Positions 1 to 19,766 of a stretch of DNA of 64,000 nucleotides are shown here, in pieces. Position numbers and translations under genes: made by a program. The stretch is from the human T2T-CHM13v2.0 reference genome, Homo sapiens. The notes below the pieces were generated by a model. That model saw only the letters and a program-made list of their open reading frames with translations, was not told where the DNA came from and did not search any database. The DNA is taken from the NCBI RefSeq assembly GCF_009914755.1, contig NC_060938.1; one strand, written 5' to 3'. The number at the start of each line of letters is the position of its first letter. Position 1 is the first letter of the stretch.

Positions 1-56
1 CCACCTTGGCCTCCCCAAGTGCTGGGATTACAGGTGTGAGCCACCGCGCCCGGCCT
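1..56 (-). mobile_element. Alu 5' end (element continues off the window edge)
   Basis: gtgctgggattacaggtgtgagccaccgcgcccggcc. Confidence 0.9.
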
Positions 57-269
57 AAGTATGCAAAATTCTTAATTACTCTCCAGTATTTTGTTTTAGC
101 ATCTCCATTTCTTATATCTCATTTAAACTATTTTAAAATTAGTGTTATATTATTTTTATTAATAAAATAATTCTTCAGGAATAATTGACTTTTATGATAT
201 TTACTTATCCCATCTGAGAAAATTATATATATGTTATATATATAGTAGATTTTAAAGTTTTTTTACAAT

Positions 270-1185
270 AAGACTTTTATTTTAGAAAAGTTATAAATTT
301 ATAGAAAAGTTTCAAAGATTAGTAGAGTTCTCATATACCCCACACCCAGTTTTTTCTATCACTAAGATATTAGTATGGTACATTTGTCAAAATTAGTGAA
401 CCAATATTGATATATTGCTATTAACTAAAGTCCATACTTTATTTAGATTTGCTTATTGTCCTTGTTCTCTTCTGGAATCCCATCCAGGATACCATATTAC
501 ATTTAATCATTTTGTTTTTTTAGGCTTCTTGTTCCTATGACAGTCACTCAGACTTTTCTTCAGTTTTGATGAAGAAATTGACAATTTTGAGAATAATGGT
601 CAAATATTTTGTAGAATGTCCCTCAATTGGGATTTTTATGTTGTGTTTTTCATAATTAGACTGCAGTTGTGGGTTTTGGGTAGGAAGACCACAGAGGCAA
701 AATGCCATTCTCGTCATACCATATCAAAAGTAGATAGTATCAACATGACTTATCACTGTTGATGTTAACCTTGATCACCTGGCTAAGGAAGTTTTGTCAG
801 CTTTCTCAACTGTAAAGTTACTCTTTTTTTTCCCCTTGCCATACTGTACTCTTCAGAAGGAAGTCACTATGTGCAGCCCTCAGTTAAAGAGCTGGCGGGA
901 GGAGTTATGTTTCACTTCCTTGAGGGCAGAGTATTTACGTAAATTATTTGGAATTCTCCCCATGAAATTGTCTGTTCTACCTTATTTACTTATTTATTTA
1001 TGGTAGTATGGACTCATGGATATTTATTTTTAGTACTTTGGGTTATAATCTAATACTGCTTATTTTGTTGCTCACAGTGTTCTACCTTTGGCCATTGCAA
1101 GCTTTTTGTTGCTGTAGGTGTTTTTTGTTTCTTTATTTTTTTTTAGTACTTCCTTACTCTCTGGCACTACAAAATGCCTCATTGT
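270..1185 (-). mobile_element. L1MC-type LINE-1 3' end fragment
   Basis: L1MC 3'UTR motifs (gtagaatgtccctcaattggg; aacatgacttatcactgttgatgttaaccttgatcacctggct). Confidence 0.75.
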
Positions 1186-1194
1186 ATACAAAAT

Positions 1195-1818
<624 letters not shown>

Positions 1819-2189
1819 TCACAAAATTATTTTTTAAAAGCTAAAAAACATGATAATTAGGTAGGTTCTTCCAATCATCTTTGAAAGAAAAATGCTGTTC
1901 CTGTTTTTTATTATTGAGGGCAACTAAAGGAAATGTGTTTCTGCCACTTGGTGTCACAATTTTGCCCAGTCACCTTATGATTTTTTTTCAGGGGTTAATC
2001 TTATTTGTGGGTTGTCTTTTTGGAGGATTAGCATGTATTTTTGATTTTTGTTTTTGTGTTTCCTTAGCAGTGGAGTAGGAAGGGCACAGATAAAAGGAGA
2101 AGTTTAAGCAATTAGTATAAACTTATTTAGAGCAGCTCTCCTATTACTGTCTCATGCGATCAAAAGGTGGTTTTTTGTTTAGTTGGTTA

Positions 2190-2496
2190 GTTTGGTTTTT
2201 TTATTTTTTAGAGACAGGGCCTCCTTCTATCACCCAGGCTGGAGTATAGTGGCAGGATTATAGCTCACTGCAGCCTTGAACTCCTGGACTCAAGCAGTCC
2301 TTCCGCCTCAGCCTCCTGAGTAGCTAGGACAACAGGCATGTGCCGCCACACCTGGCTAATTAAAAAAAAATTTTTTTGTAGAGATGGAGACTTGCCATGT
2401 TGCCCAGGCTGGTCTTGAACTCCTGGCCTCAAGCAATCCCCTCACCTTAGCCTCCCAAAGTGCTGGGATTACAGGTGTGAGCCAGGGCACTTGGCC
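2190..2496 (-). mobile_element. AluJ
   Basis: atagctcactgcagccttgaactcctgg pattern. Confidence 0.88.
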
Positions 2497-2878
2497 TGAA
2501 AAGTGGTTGTTAAAACTCAATTGATAGCACCAGTTACCTCCAAAGGAGAAGTTTAAATAAAATGTTGGTTTTTGATATTATGTATTTGTGTAGTGTTAAA
2601 TTTTTTTAATAAGAAGGTTTTTTTAAAATAATCTGGAAAATAATAAAGGTTTATTTTTAAAGTTACTGGAAATGCAAAGAAAAGAACTTACCCTTTCTGT
2701 GGTTTGAAATACTTTAGAACTTGAGAACTTTTTTCCATACTTGATGCACTCAAAAGTTTTGATTATTTTGCATTAATTTTGTTTGGCTGTACCTGTTTTT
2801 CACTAGTTCAGCTGTACTAATGAAATTGGCACTTCAGCTCAATTGTTTTTATTTAATTGCAATGATCACTTTAGCATT

Positions 2879-3127
<249 letters not shown>

Positions 3128-3145
3128 CTAAAGATATTCTTTTGA

Positions 3146-3431
3146 GGCTGGGCGCAGTGGCTCATGCCTGTAATCCCAGCACTTTGGGAGGCCGAGGCGG
3201 GCGGATCACAAGGTCAGGAGATCGAGACCATCCTGGCTAACACAGTGAAACCCCGTCTCTACTAAAAATACAAAAAATGAGCCGGGCAAGGTGGCAGGCG
3301 CCTGTAGTCCCAGCTACTCGGGAAGCTGAGGCAGGTGAATGGCATGAACCCCAGGGGGCGGAGCCTGCAGTGAGCTGAGATCACGCCACTGCACTCCAGC
3401 CTGGGCGACAGCGAGACTCCATCTCGAAAAA
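3146..3431 (+). mobile_element. AluY
   Basis: gagatcgagaccatcctggctaacac; perfect 16-bp TSD aaagatattcttttga (3130-3145, 3432-3447). Confidence 0.93.
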
Positions 3432-4439
3432 AAAGATATTCTTTTGATAGAACCAATCATTTTATTATTGCATTGAGGCAATGACAACAAAAATTCTCCT
3501 TTGAAGATAAAGCAAGAACATCCTAAGGTTATTTATTGGATTGGTTCATTAAATTCTGAACCACTAAGTATGTACATATTGTATAGTTATCTTGAGCTTT
3601 GTATTTCACATATGGTATCTGTTACCTCCTTTAATCTGGCAACCACAAAAAACTTCCTGTGGAGGAACACTTTGTATTCTTAGGTAATACTCTGCTTATT
3701 TACCTTTCTCCTTTAATTTTTTTTCTTCCACTTTAAACCGTTGTCAGAGGTGATACTCATGTCACATGGTCATGTTACTGGAAAGTAGTGTTGGGAAAAT
3801 ATTTAAGAAAGAAATGAGAAAAAAAAATTCTGCTTGAGAAAGAAAATAGGTCAATGAGACCACAAAACCTAACATTTAATTTTATGTGTCAAGACTCCTG
3901 CCTCCCTAGTCACAAAGTTACCACTTAAGAATACTGTTCAGTTTCTTTAATGAATCACATTCTAGTTACTTTATGATTTTAATGTATACATTTTAAGATA
4001 TTGCTATGCTACAAAGTTACCAAATTTATTTAGCCTGTCTTCAGTGACCACAACTACATTGATCTGAACATCCTAATCATTTTATTCATCAAATATTTTT
4101 TGAGGGCCTCCTTGTTTTAAGGCCCTGTACTGGGTGTTTCAGAAGTACAAAGGTGAAAGAAACATAGTCTTTATCCTTAAGAGTTTTATAGTCTCTTGGG
4201 GGAAATAAGAAAAAAAAAGATAAATATCTGTAGCAGAAGACAATATCAGCAACGTGTTCATTGTACCGGTAACTCTATGTACAAGAACTGCAAGTAACAT
4301 TTCTTAGATTTCTCAGATTTTCTTGTAGTTCAGACTAGTCTTTCTGTCCAGTTGTTCAGAAATATTAAGCCTTTATGGTATTTCCAGTTGACTTATTCAT
4401 AATGGCCCCAACATCTTTTGCTTTTTTTGTTTTTCACTA

Positions 4440-5183
<744 letters not shown>

Positions 5184-5374
5184 GATATCTGCTCTATTAA
5201 CAGAGAAAAGCAGTTTCAGAAGTGAAAGAAAAGTTATTAGTGGTTTTTGTTTGTTTTAATTAGATATTTATATGTTTTTGAAGTAGAAAGTTTGCACTAT
5301 CACCATGGTGGCTTCATACACACAGTTTTTTGTTTGTTTGTTTTTTCTCACACCTCTCAGGGATGAAAACGTGG

Positions 5375-5660
5375 CTAATTTCTTCTCACCCTTCAGGTCT
5401 CAACTTGGGGGTTCCTCTCCAGGAAGTCTTCCCTAATCTCCATGCTACCCCTGCCACCAAGTCCTCTTCAGTCTGTGCACTTGACCCCTCCTATGTTCTC
5501 TCTAAGAAGCTTACTATAATCTCTGTCATACCACCAGTCACACCATTGCAGTGATCTCAGCTCCTTGACAACAGGGTCTGTTATTTGTTTTAGAAATCGC
5601 AACATCCAGCATGGTGTTTGGCATGTCATAGGTACAAAAAAAAATGTTGAATGAATATTT
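5375..5660 (+). mobile_element. L2 3' end fragment
   Basis: cttcaggtctcaact..tccaggaagtcttccct..ggcatgtcataggtac..aatgttgaatgaat. Confidence 0.55.
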
Positions 5661-7432
5661 GACTTGAAGTGCATTTTCAGACTTGCAGAATGTTTGGTGA
5701 CTCCTTTTAGTCTGTGTTTTTGCACCAAACGTGACTTGTGATAGAGTGCTGCTTATGACGGACATTGTCCCTTTTGATCCTCTAGTCTTTCTGGTGAAGA
5801 AGGTTTGTTTTTCATATCCCTGAATCCTTGAGGTCATTAGCTGGGAGAGGAGTGAGGGAATGCTGTTAGCGAATTCCCTGAGTGAGGTGGAGGACACTGT
5901 TATTCTGCTTCCTTCTTCCCATGGTGAGAATGTGGCCAGGCTTTAGAGTTTGGAGGAAGATAATCACGATAACATTAATCCCCAGAAATTATCAGTAGTA
6001 GTTCACTGTTTACTGGCTGGGACTTCTGTTTTAATTACTGGCCAGGTCTACTCTGTTCAAACCCATAGCTATTTCATACAGCTTTATATTCCCACCAACC
6101 AGACCCAGGTTTAAACTTTGTAATTCGAGATGATAGATCATTCCTGTGTTCACTTCTAACCTGAAATCATCTTCTTCTCTACCATAAGTCTATAGACTAG
6201 CAACATCATCATATAGCAGAAGGCAGGAGAACTGCACACCATCCCACCACCACTATTTATTGACTGGATGACTATAGGTAAGATAGTGAGCCTCTCTGGG
6301 CCTTAATCATCTCCTTTCTAAGGTGGGAGTGCTAAGATTTTATGTTCCTGAGACCATGGGGCTAAACTGGATTTTTTGTCAAGGTCCATTCCATTTCCAT
6401 ATTAAGATGCATAATTTATATGAAATATTCATCATGTTCTAATGCTCACTTAGAAGGACGATTAGAAGTTTTCTTCTCTGTAGGGATTATGCATGTATCA
6501 TTTCTTTGTAATTTAGCAGTGTTGAAATCTTAACAAATGAACTTATTACATTCAGGGTTGTGATTTTAACCCCTACATTTTTCTGCTTTTAAGATTATTA
6601 ATATCACATGGAGGCCTCTCTTTTTAAATTTTTCTTCCCAAGGTGGCTGTGTATCTTTTATTTTTTTTTCTTTAAGGCTAACAGCCTAATATGCCAAACA
6701 AATGTATACTGTCAGGCCATTTACCTGGCGATGCCGGAGCCCTCTGGGCACATGCATATATTTATATCAGTACATGAGATACATGCTGAAATGTTATTGC
6801 CTACACGCTTTAACTCTTTACTCTCAAAATTCAGTTCTTGAATGTAAAATAAAAAGACCTTACAATTCTGCTTTATTAAAGGCTTACTTCCTGAAGGCAG
6901 AAATCAGACAAGGAAAGTTAAGAACTGTTGTAATCACAAAAAATTACCTTCTTCAATATTACTACAAATACATTGTTGTCCTATTCACCATCAATAAAGA
7001 AACTACAAAGCATACAACATTTTTAAAGAGGAGGGTGTCTGTAACAGGTCTTCTAACCCTGTCATTCATTCCTTTTTCTACTATTCCATGTTGCTACAGC
7101 CTTCCTGTTTCCCTTTTTATCAACATTTTATTTAAAAATTTTTCAAAAATATAACAAAGTTTAAAGAATGTGTTATAGTGAACGCTTAACACAGCTGTCT
7201 CCTTAGATTCTACCATTAACATTCTATTGTACTTGCTTTCTTGGGTATCTGTCTATCCCTCAATTCATTCATTAATCCATGTGGGTTTTTAAATGCATTT
7301 CATAGCATATTGAAGATGTCTATATCTATACCTATTTCTCTTTTGATGAGTTTCATTTTTCTGCTAAAATTGACTGAGCTCAAGTATGCAGGCACAATTA
7401 CCTCTTCTTACTGACTTATATAAGATGTAACT

Positions 7433-7777
<345 letters not shown>

Positions 7778-7821
7778 TCAGCCTGTGCAAAGTGGTTTTC
7801 ATAGAGTTGACCAGTGACATT

Positions 7822-8892
<1,071 letters not shown>

Positions 8893-9107
8893 ACCTTCAA
8901 ACATAAGGAGTACCTTCCTCCTCATAAATTTCCATAGTCTGTCTATACTGACTTAGCAGACAAATTTCCTAATAAGTGCAAAAGAAGTAGTGATGTTCAT
9001 CACAGCAAGCCCTAATTATACTGTTTCATGTTAAGGTCGGTTTTAATTTTAGTTTCCTTGTCAGAAAGTTCTTAGGATTTTTTTTCCTTTATTCATTTGT
9101 CTTGATT

Positions 9108-9397
9108 TCTTTTTGTTTTGTTTTGTTTTTTGAGACAGGGTCTCGCTCTGTTGCCCAGGCTGGAGTGCAGTGGCTGCAACCTCTGCCTCCCAGGTTCAAG
9201 CGATTCTCCTGCCTCAGCCTCCTGAGTAGCTGGGATTACAGGCCATGCCACCACACCTGGCTAATTTTTGCATTTTTGGTAGAGATGGAGTTTCACCAGG
9301 TTGGCCAGGCTGCTCTTAAACTCCTGACCTCAGGTGATCCACCGTCCTCGGCCTCCCAAAGTGCTGGGATTACAGGCGTGAGCCACCATGCCTGGCC
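9108..9397 (-). mobile_element. AluS
   Basis: TSD tcttgatttctt. Confidence 0.88.
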
Positions 9398-10308
9398 TCT
9401 CTTGATTTCTTGACATATGTGCTCAGTTGAGTTACATTCCCTCTAGCAATGTTGGGTTATTTTATTACTTGTCTTCTATCCTTCCTCTAGTTTCATACCC
9501 CACTAATATATCTTCTCTGATTTTCACTAGAGCACTCTCTCTAAATGAGATAAGATCTTTAAGTTTCTCTTATCAAAATAAAAAACACATGCTGGTGTTA
9601 AAATATTAATCAGCACAGAATTGTAAAAATTAAAATTAACAGTGAAATTGTTCTGTATCCTAATTGTGGTTGTCATTAAAATCCATAAAACTGCACACAT
9701 ACTCACAAATGGAAAAAAAAGAACTTGGTTAAGTATTATGAATTGAAGTTTTTATTTTATTTGACTAGAAGAAGGACCTTTGGCTGAGTTACTGGAAAAA
9801 TATTCCTACCTATAAAGTGCAAACTCAGTCCCCAATAATTACTTGTCAAAAAACATCTATATTCTTCCTTTCTCCACTAACAAAATGGTTAATTTTGGAT
9901 CATGAATATGTTTCATCTTATTCTCTGCTTTGAATTATATTGCATCCAGAAAATGAATGAGGTACAAAGTCATATAAAATATATCTGACTTCAGATACAT
10001 CTTGGTTGTTTTTTGTTTTTAACTTTTAGTTTGTAGTTAGGAGTTTTATTCAGCCCATAGAAAAAGACTTATACAGGGAAGTCAGCAGGAGTGGCAAGAA
10101 TAGCTAGTATTCTGACAGTGGCAGAATTTTGCAGGAAGAGGCTCATGTTGATAAGTATCAGTTATCTTGAAAATCAACACATGCAACTAGCTAGAAATAC
10201 CTAAGTCACCAAATTTAGATACTAGATAAATAAATTAATTTAGATATCGGGAATACTAAGATATGCCTGCTGGGCTTCTGGAAAAGTTTTCCTTTTCTTC
10301 TTTTCTTT

Positions 10309-10312
<4 letters not shown>

Positions 10313-10343
<31 letters not shown>

Positions 10344-10630
10344 CAAAGTCCCCTTCTGTTTCCTAGGCTGGAGTACAGTAGCATGAAATGGCTCACTGCT
10401 GCCTTGATCTCCCAGACTCAAGCTATCCTCCCACCTCAGCCTCCCAAGTAGCTGAGACTACAGGTGCATGCTACCACACCTGGCTAGTTTTTTAAAAATT
10501 ATTTTTTTGTAGAGACACAGGGTCTTACTATGTTGCCCAGGCTGGTCTTAAACTGCTGGGCTCAAGCGATCCTTCCAGCTCAGCCTCCCAAAGTGTTAAG
10601 ATTATAGATGCGAGCCACCACACCTGGTCA
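10313..10630 (-). mobile_element. AluJ
   Basis: Long T tail, J-type right arm. Confidence 0.87.
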
Positions 10631-10779
10631 AAACAGTTTTCTTTAGTAAAGCAAATTACTACAGGCCTCATGCTCCTATCCTATTACATCATAATGAACA
10701 GTGATATACATATATAGGATTGGCTCAGGTACCATAGTGGAACTGGTGAACGTTTTTTAGTGGGTAACACTATAGAGAT

Positions 10780-11005
10780 ACTTTTAAAGTTTTTTCGTAT
10801 ATTATCTGTTTTATTGTCTTCTCAGCACTTCTTAAACATCTTATTTATTTGTTTTTGTTTACTGACAGCTTCCCACCTCTAAAGCATGTAAGTTCTGTGA
10901 GAACAGAGACTTGGCCTCTTTTATTTACTGCTATATTCCCAGCACCTAAGACCATGCCTTGTGTATAATGGCTGCTCAGTAAATATTTGCAGAAGAATGA
11001 ATGAT
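10780..11005 (+). mobile_element. L2 3' end fragment
   Basis: tgtaagttctgtgagaacagagac..tattcccagcacctaag..gctcagtaaatatttgcagaagaatgaatga. Confidence 0.6.
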
Positions 11006-11059
11006 TCTTGTTTTTACAGATTCATCAATAGACAGATAACTATCAGCCAAGAAGAAGTA

Positions 11060-13564
11060 TACGTATACTGCAGAGATATTGCAAGTTTGGTTCCAAACCA
11101 CTGCAATAAAAAGTCACACAAGTTTTTTGGTCTCCCAGTGCATATAAAAGTTACGTTTATACTATACTGTAGTCTATTATGTATGCAATAACATTATGTC
11201 TAAAAATAATGCACATACCTAAATTTTAAAATACTTTATTGCTAAAAAATGCTTAAATCATCTGAGCCTTCAGGGCATCCTAATATTTTTTTCTTGGAGG
11301 ATCTTGGCCTCAGTGTTGATGGCTGCTGATAGGGTGGTTGTTGCTGACAGTTGGGGTGGCTGTGGCGATTTCTTAAAGATAACAATGAAATTTGCTGCAT
11401 TGATTGACTCTTCCTTTCACAAAAGATTTCTCTGTAGCACGCAATGCTGTTTGATAGCATTTTACCCATAGTAGGACTTCTTTGATAGTCAGAGTCAATC
11501 CTCTTAAACCCTTTCACTTGCTGTATCAACTAAACTTATGGAATATTCCATATCCTTTGTTATCATTTCAACAACGTTCACAGCATCTTCTTCAGGAGTA
11601 CATTTTGATTCTGTCTCAAGAAACCATTTTCTTTGTTTCTCCATAACAAGCAACTCCTCATAGGTTCAAGTTTTATTATGAGGTTACAGCAATTCAGTCC
11701 CATCTTCAGGCTCCCCTTCTAATTCTAGTTCTCTTGCTGTTTCCACATCTGCAGCAACTTCCTCCACTGAATTTTTTAATCCCACCAAGCCATCCATGAG
11801 CATTGGAATCCACACCTTCCAAACTCCTGTTACTATTGGTATTTTGACCTCCTCCCATGAATCATGAATGTTCTTGCTGGCATGTGGAATAGTGACTCTT
11901 TTCCAGAAAGTTTTCAATTGATTTTGCTTAGATCCATCAGAGGAGTCACTATGGCAGCTATAGCCTTATGAAATGTATTTCTGAAATAATAAGATTTGAA
12001 AGTGTAAATTACTCCTTGAGCTATGGGCTTCAGAATGGATGTTGTGTTCACAGGCATGAAAACAGCATTCATCTCCTTGTATATCTCCATAAGAGCTCTT
12101 GGGTGACTAGGTGCATTGTCAATGAACAGTAATATTTTGAAAGGAATCTTTCTGAGCTCATTTTCTGGGCTTAAAATACTCAGTAAATCATGCTGGAAAC
12201 AGATGTGCCATCATCCAGGCTTTGTTGTTCCGTTGATAAAGCACAGGCAGGGTAGATTTAGCATAATTCTTAAGGGCCCTAGGATTTTTGGACTGGTGAG
12301 TGAGCATTGGCTTCAACTTAAAGACAACAGCTACATTAGCCCTTACAAGAGAGTCAGCCTCTCCTTTGAAGCTTTGAAGCCAGGCATTGACTTCTCTTCT
12401 CTAGTTATGAAAGTCCTAGATGGCATCTTCTAATAGAAGGCTTTTTTGTCTCCATTGCCAATCTGTTGTTTAGTATAGCCACCTTTATCAATGATCTTAG
12501 CTAGGTCTTCGGAATAACTCACTGCAGCTTCTCCATCAGCACTTGCTACTTCGTCTTACACTTTTATGTCATGGAGATGCCTACTTTCTTTAAACCTCAT
12601 GAGCCAACCTCTGCCAACTTCCAGCTTTTCTTCTGCAGCTTTCTTGCCTCTCTCAAACTTCATAGAATTGAAGAGAGTTTAGGGCCTTGCTCTGGATTAC
12701 GTTTTGGTGTAAGGGCATGTTGTGGCTGGTTTTGTCTTCTACCCAGGCCACAAAAACTTCATCTCAGCAATAGGCTGTTTTGCTTTCTTTATCGTTTGCG
12801 TGTTCACTGGCATAACACTTTAAATTTCCTTCAAGAACTTTTCCTGGTTGGGCACGGTGGCTCATTCCTATAGTCCTAGCTTGGAAAGCTGGTGGGAGGA
12901 TCACTTCAGCCCAGGAGTTCAAGGCTGCAGTGAGCTGTGATTGCACAACTGCACTCCAGTCTGCAGAGTGAGATCCTGTCTCCTTAAAAAAAATAAAATA
13001 AAAATAAAGGAAAAAAACCTTTTTCTTTGCATACACAACTTGGGTAACTGGCACAAAAGGCCTAGCTTTTGACCTGTCTTGGCTTTCAACATGCCCTCCT
13101 CACTAATCATCTGTAGATTTTTATTTAAGGTAGGAAATGTGCAACTCTTCCTTTCACTTTTGAACACTTAGTGGTCATCACAGGGTTAATTGGCCTAATT
13201 TTGATATTATTATGTCTTGGGGAAAGGGAAGAGAGGGAGAGAGATGGAAGAACAGCTGATGGGTGGAGCAGTCAGAACACACACAACATTTATCGATTAG
13301 ATTCTCCATCTTACGTGAGTGTGGTTCATGGCACCCCAAAACAATTACAGTAGTAACATCCAAGATCACAGATCACTATGACAGATATAATAATAATGAA
13401 AAATTGGAAATATTGTGAGAAGTACCAAAATGTGACATAAAGACAAGAAGTGCTGTTGGAAAAATGGTACTAATAGACTTGCTAAACACAGGACTGCCAC
13501 CAATCTTCAATTTGTAAAAAATGAATATCTGTAAAGTAATGTGCAATAAAATAATGTATACCTG
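11060..13564 (-). mobile_element. Tigger1 (TcMar-Tigger) DNA transposon, near full length, decayed transposase
   Basis: Terminus CAGGTATACATTATTTTATTGC on the minus strand at 13564; TA flanks at 11058-59 and 13565-66. Transposase fragments SERKSCTFPTLNKNLQMISEEGMLKAKTGQKLGLLCQ, KTFWKRVTIPHASKNIHDSWEEVKIPIVTGVWK and FKRIDSDYQRSPTMGKMLSNSIACYREIFCERKSQSMQQ. Confidence 0.93.
12845..13015 (+). mobile_element. Monomeric Alu (FAM/FRAM-like) inserted into Tigger1
   Basis: Single ~140-bp Alu monomer plus A tail splitting the Tigger1 sequence aagaacttttc/ttttctttgc. Confidence 0.8.
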
Positions 13565-14181
13565 TATCATATTCCCTGTGCATCTGCTTAGTACACTTTA
13601 AAGACTGTTAATGGTGATGATGATAAAAGCCACACATTCTTTATTCATCACTTGTCAGAATGTTCATTTGTTTATTTTAGTGAGTCATCCTTCAAATAAG
13701 AGGAAAACAGCATGTTCTTTCAAAGAATACTGTCTGGGAAGCAAGGGTACTTCTCAGATCTAGGAGCAGGAGAATGGGAAAAGCTGAAATGACAAGCCCT
13801 GTATTATTTTTGAAGAAGAGTTGTATTTTTTATGGGTAGCCATTTGTAAACCAGCCTAAATAATGAAATTGTAGGAGTTTAGAATAATATCCCAGTACAT
13901 TAGGTCAATTATGTGGTCAGAAGCCCCAAACAAATATTGAGTGTATTCTCATATTACGATTTTGTTTTCTGAAGTTAAATGGAATGATTTATATGCTTAT
14001 CTTCTGTTGCATCTTAAAAAGATGTATTATTAGTAGACAAATGCAGAGGTTGTGTGGTTATATAAGTTATCTATTACTCTGACTTCTTAAGCAGCAGGGC
14101 AAGAATGGACATGTTTTTCTAAAATAAGACTTTTCTCCATCTTACATGGGTGTGGTTCCTGGCACCCCAAAACAAAGCTGG

Positions 14182-14469
14182 GGCCGGGTGTGGTGGCTCA
14201 CGCCTATAATCTCAACACTTTGTGAGGCTGAGGTGGGTGGATCATCTGAGGCCAGGAGTTCGAGACCAGCCTGGCCAACATGGCGAAACTGCATCTCTAC
14301 TAAAAATACAAAAATTATCTGGGTGTGGTGGTGCACACCTGTAATCCCAGCTACTAGGGTGGCTGAGGCAAGAGAATCGCTTGAACCCAGGAGGCAGAGG
14401 TTTCAGTGAGCCGAGATCGTGCCACTGCACTCCAGCCTGGGCGACAGAGCGAGACTCCCATCTCAAAAC
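14182..14469 (+). mobile_element. AluS
   Basis: TSD aaaacaaag(c/g)tgg. Confidence 0.9.
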
Positions 14470-15054
14470 AAAACAAAGGTGGGTGTCTTGAGTGCCTTTT
14501 GAGTATAGGCCTTCAGACTTTCTGAGGATTGGGAAAGCATTTTTTTTTAACCTTAAAATATTTATTGAATAAAGAATGGCAAGATCAGAAAAATAAGCTC
14601 TGGTTAGGATTTGATGTGGGGCTTCATTCTCAGCTCTGTTGCTACCTCCTTTTATGATCTTCGGTGGTCTCTTTTCCTGTTCAAACCCCAGTTTCCTTAT
14701 TTATAAGGAGATAATGAGGAGACCAGACTTAATATTCTCTAAAGATTCTTTCAGCTCTAAAAACTTAATGATTCAAGCAGGTTGCCTGTGAAGAACAATG
14801 CATTTCTTCCAAAAGAGGGTGCTGTGGTATTTCTCAGTACTTTAGCATCTTCTTGAAAGGAACTGAACAATGGTAGAATCTCAGCTTAATTTTGTGTCTT
14901 CAGACTCCCAACCTTTGAGAAATAGTGTCTAATTCCTTCCTTTATTTAGATGAGGCGATATAAACCAATTCCTGATGTTACTGACACTTAAGTAAGTTTC
15001 AAAGAAAAAAATAAAAAATACACATAATTTTACCAGGCAAATATAGACAGTTTT

Positions 15055-15624
<570 letters not shown>

Positions 15625-15639
15625 TAAGACTCTAGCTTT

Positions 15640-15768
15640 AAATATAAATTACATATATGTATATATTTATATTTATATATAATATATAATATATTTATAT
15701 TTATATATAATATATAATATATTTATATAATACATTTATATTAGAGAGAGAGAAGGAGAGAGAGAGAT
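15640..15768 (+). repeat. AT-rich tandem repeat followed by (GA)n
   Basis: atatatttatatttatatataatatata occurs twice. Confidence 0.85.
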
Positions 15769-15889
15769 AGTTTTAACATTTTGATGTATTTTCACTCTTA
15801 TTCAACTTCTTCCCATAAAATTGAGAAAATATATAAATTATGTGTGCGTGTGTGTCATTTTATTTGTTTTTGTCTTTTTCCTTTCTGGG

Positions 15890-16109
15890 TTTTTTTTTTT
15901 GTTGTTGTTGTTTTGACAAGGTCTTGTTCTGTTGCCCAGGCTGGAATAGAGTGGCATGATCACAGCCCACTGCATTCTCAACCTCCTGGGCTCAAGCAAT
16001 CCTCCCGCCTCAGCCCCCAAGTAGCTGGGACCAGAGGCACGTGCCACCACACCTGGCTAATTTTTTTATTTTTAGTAGAGATGAGGTCTCACTAGGTTGT
16101 CCACACTGG

Positions 16110-16110
<1 letters not shown>
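15890..16110 (-). mobile_element. Partial AluJ
   Basis: Right arm and linker only. Confidence 0.8.
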
Positions 16111-17605
<1,495 letters not shown>

Positions 17606-17737
17606 TGTTGTTTTAATTTGCATTTAAAAAATAAATAATGGGGCTAACTTTTTTCAAATGTTTGTTAACAGTTTTAGTTTCTTCTGCAAATTCATATCAT
17701 TTCTGTAAGCCAGGAAATCCCTGACACCCTCCTGTCA

Positions 17738-18950
<1,213 letters not shown>

Positions 18951-19539
18951 ACTCAGATTTTCTAAGCCCATTCTGTAAAATTAATAGCAAGCTAAAGGTA
19001 GGTGAGATAGGCCTATGGAGACATTTTTTCTACAAAGGGACATGCAGCATTTATGAAAACTGTTGGCCCACATGTGACAGTGTTTAGGTCCTGAGTACTT
19101 GAAAAGTATTTGGTGGCCACTCAAAAAGCATACCTTGCCCCTTACCTGCATGATTTGGATTTGCTGTCATTCTCTAAGTGACCATGACATTTGGGGGTGC
19201 CTAATGGCACCCTACATGTTGGACACAGCTTCATGCATTGGTTAGAGATAGGCTGGTACTGAGAAATTTATAACATTGCTAGTTAATTTATACTGGCAAA
19301 TTCTTGTATGCCTACTTAATATTTGCTTGTTATCAAAATACACCTCTCTATTGTCTAGAGAGTAGAGGTGTCAGTTTCTGGAAACACTGCAGAAAAACTT
19401 TACTAGCTTTCCATGTGGTAGCTTCCCACATGGACTCTATTTTTTGAATTGTTTGTTTGTTTGTTTTCTGCCAGGCAGGAAATGGCTAGAAAAAAGTTTC
19501 TTAAATTTAGAAGGTCTTAAAGTCTACTTGTCTAAATTC

Positions 19540-19766
19540 CCTGCCGCCATCTTCTCACAACTGCTTTCTCTGTGTGTTGTCTCTTTTTGTCTCAAAAGGT
19601 CATTGGATTTAATACCCACATGGGTAGTCTAGGAGGATCTCATCTTGAGTCCTTAACTTGATTGTATTTGAAAAGATCCTTTTCCCAAATAAGGTCACAT
19701 TCACAAGTTCTGGGTGTTAGGACATAAACATATATTTTTGAAGTTCACCCTTCAACCCATTATACC
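19540..19766 (-). mobile_element. MLT1 (ERVL-MaLR) LTR fragment
   Basis: ggatctcatcttgagtccttaacttg..ttcccaaataaggtcacattcacaagttctgggtgttaggac..ttcaacccattata. Confidence 0.75.

Noticed and set aside
6702-7154. 150-aa ATG-initiated ORF in non-Alu sequence
   Set aside because: No recognisable domain, AT-rich composition and no supporting splice or promoter context.
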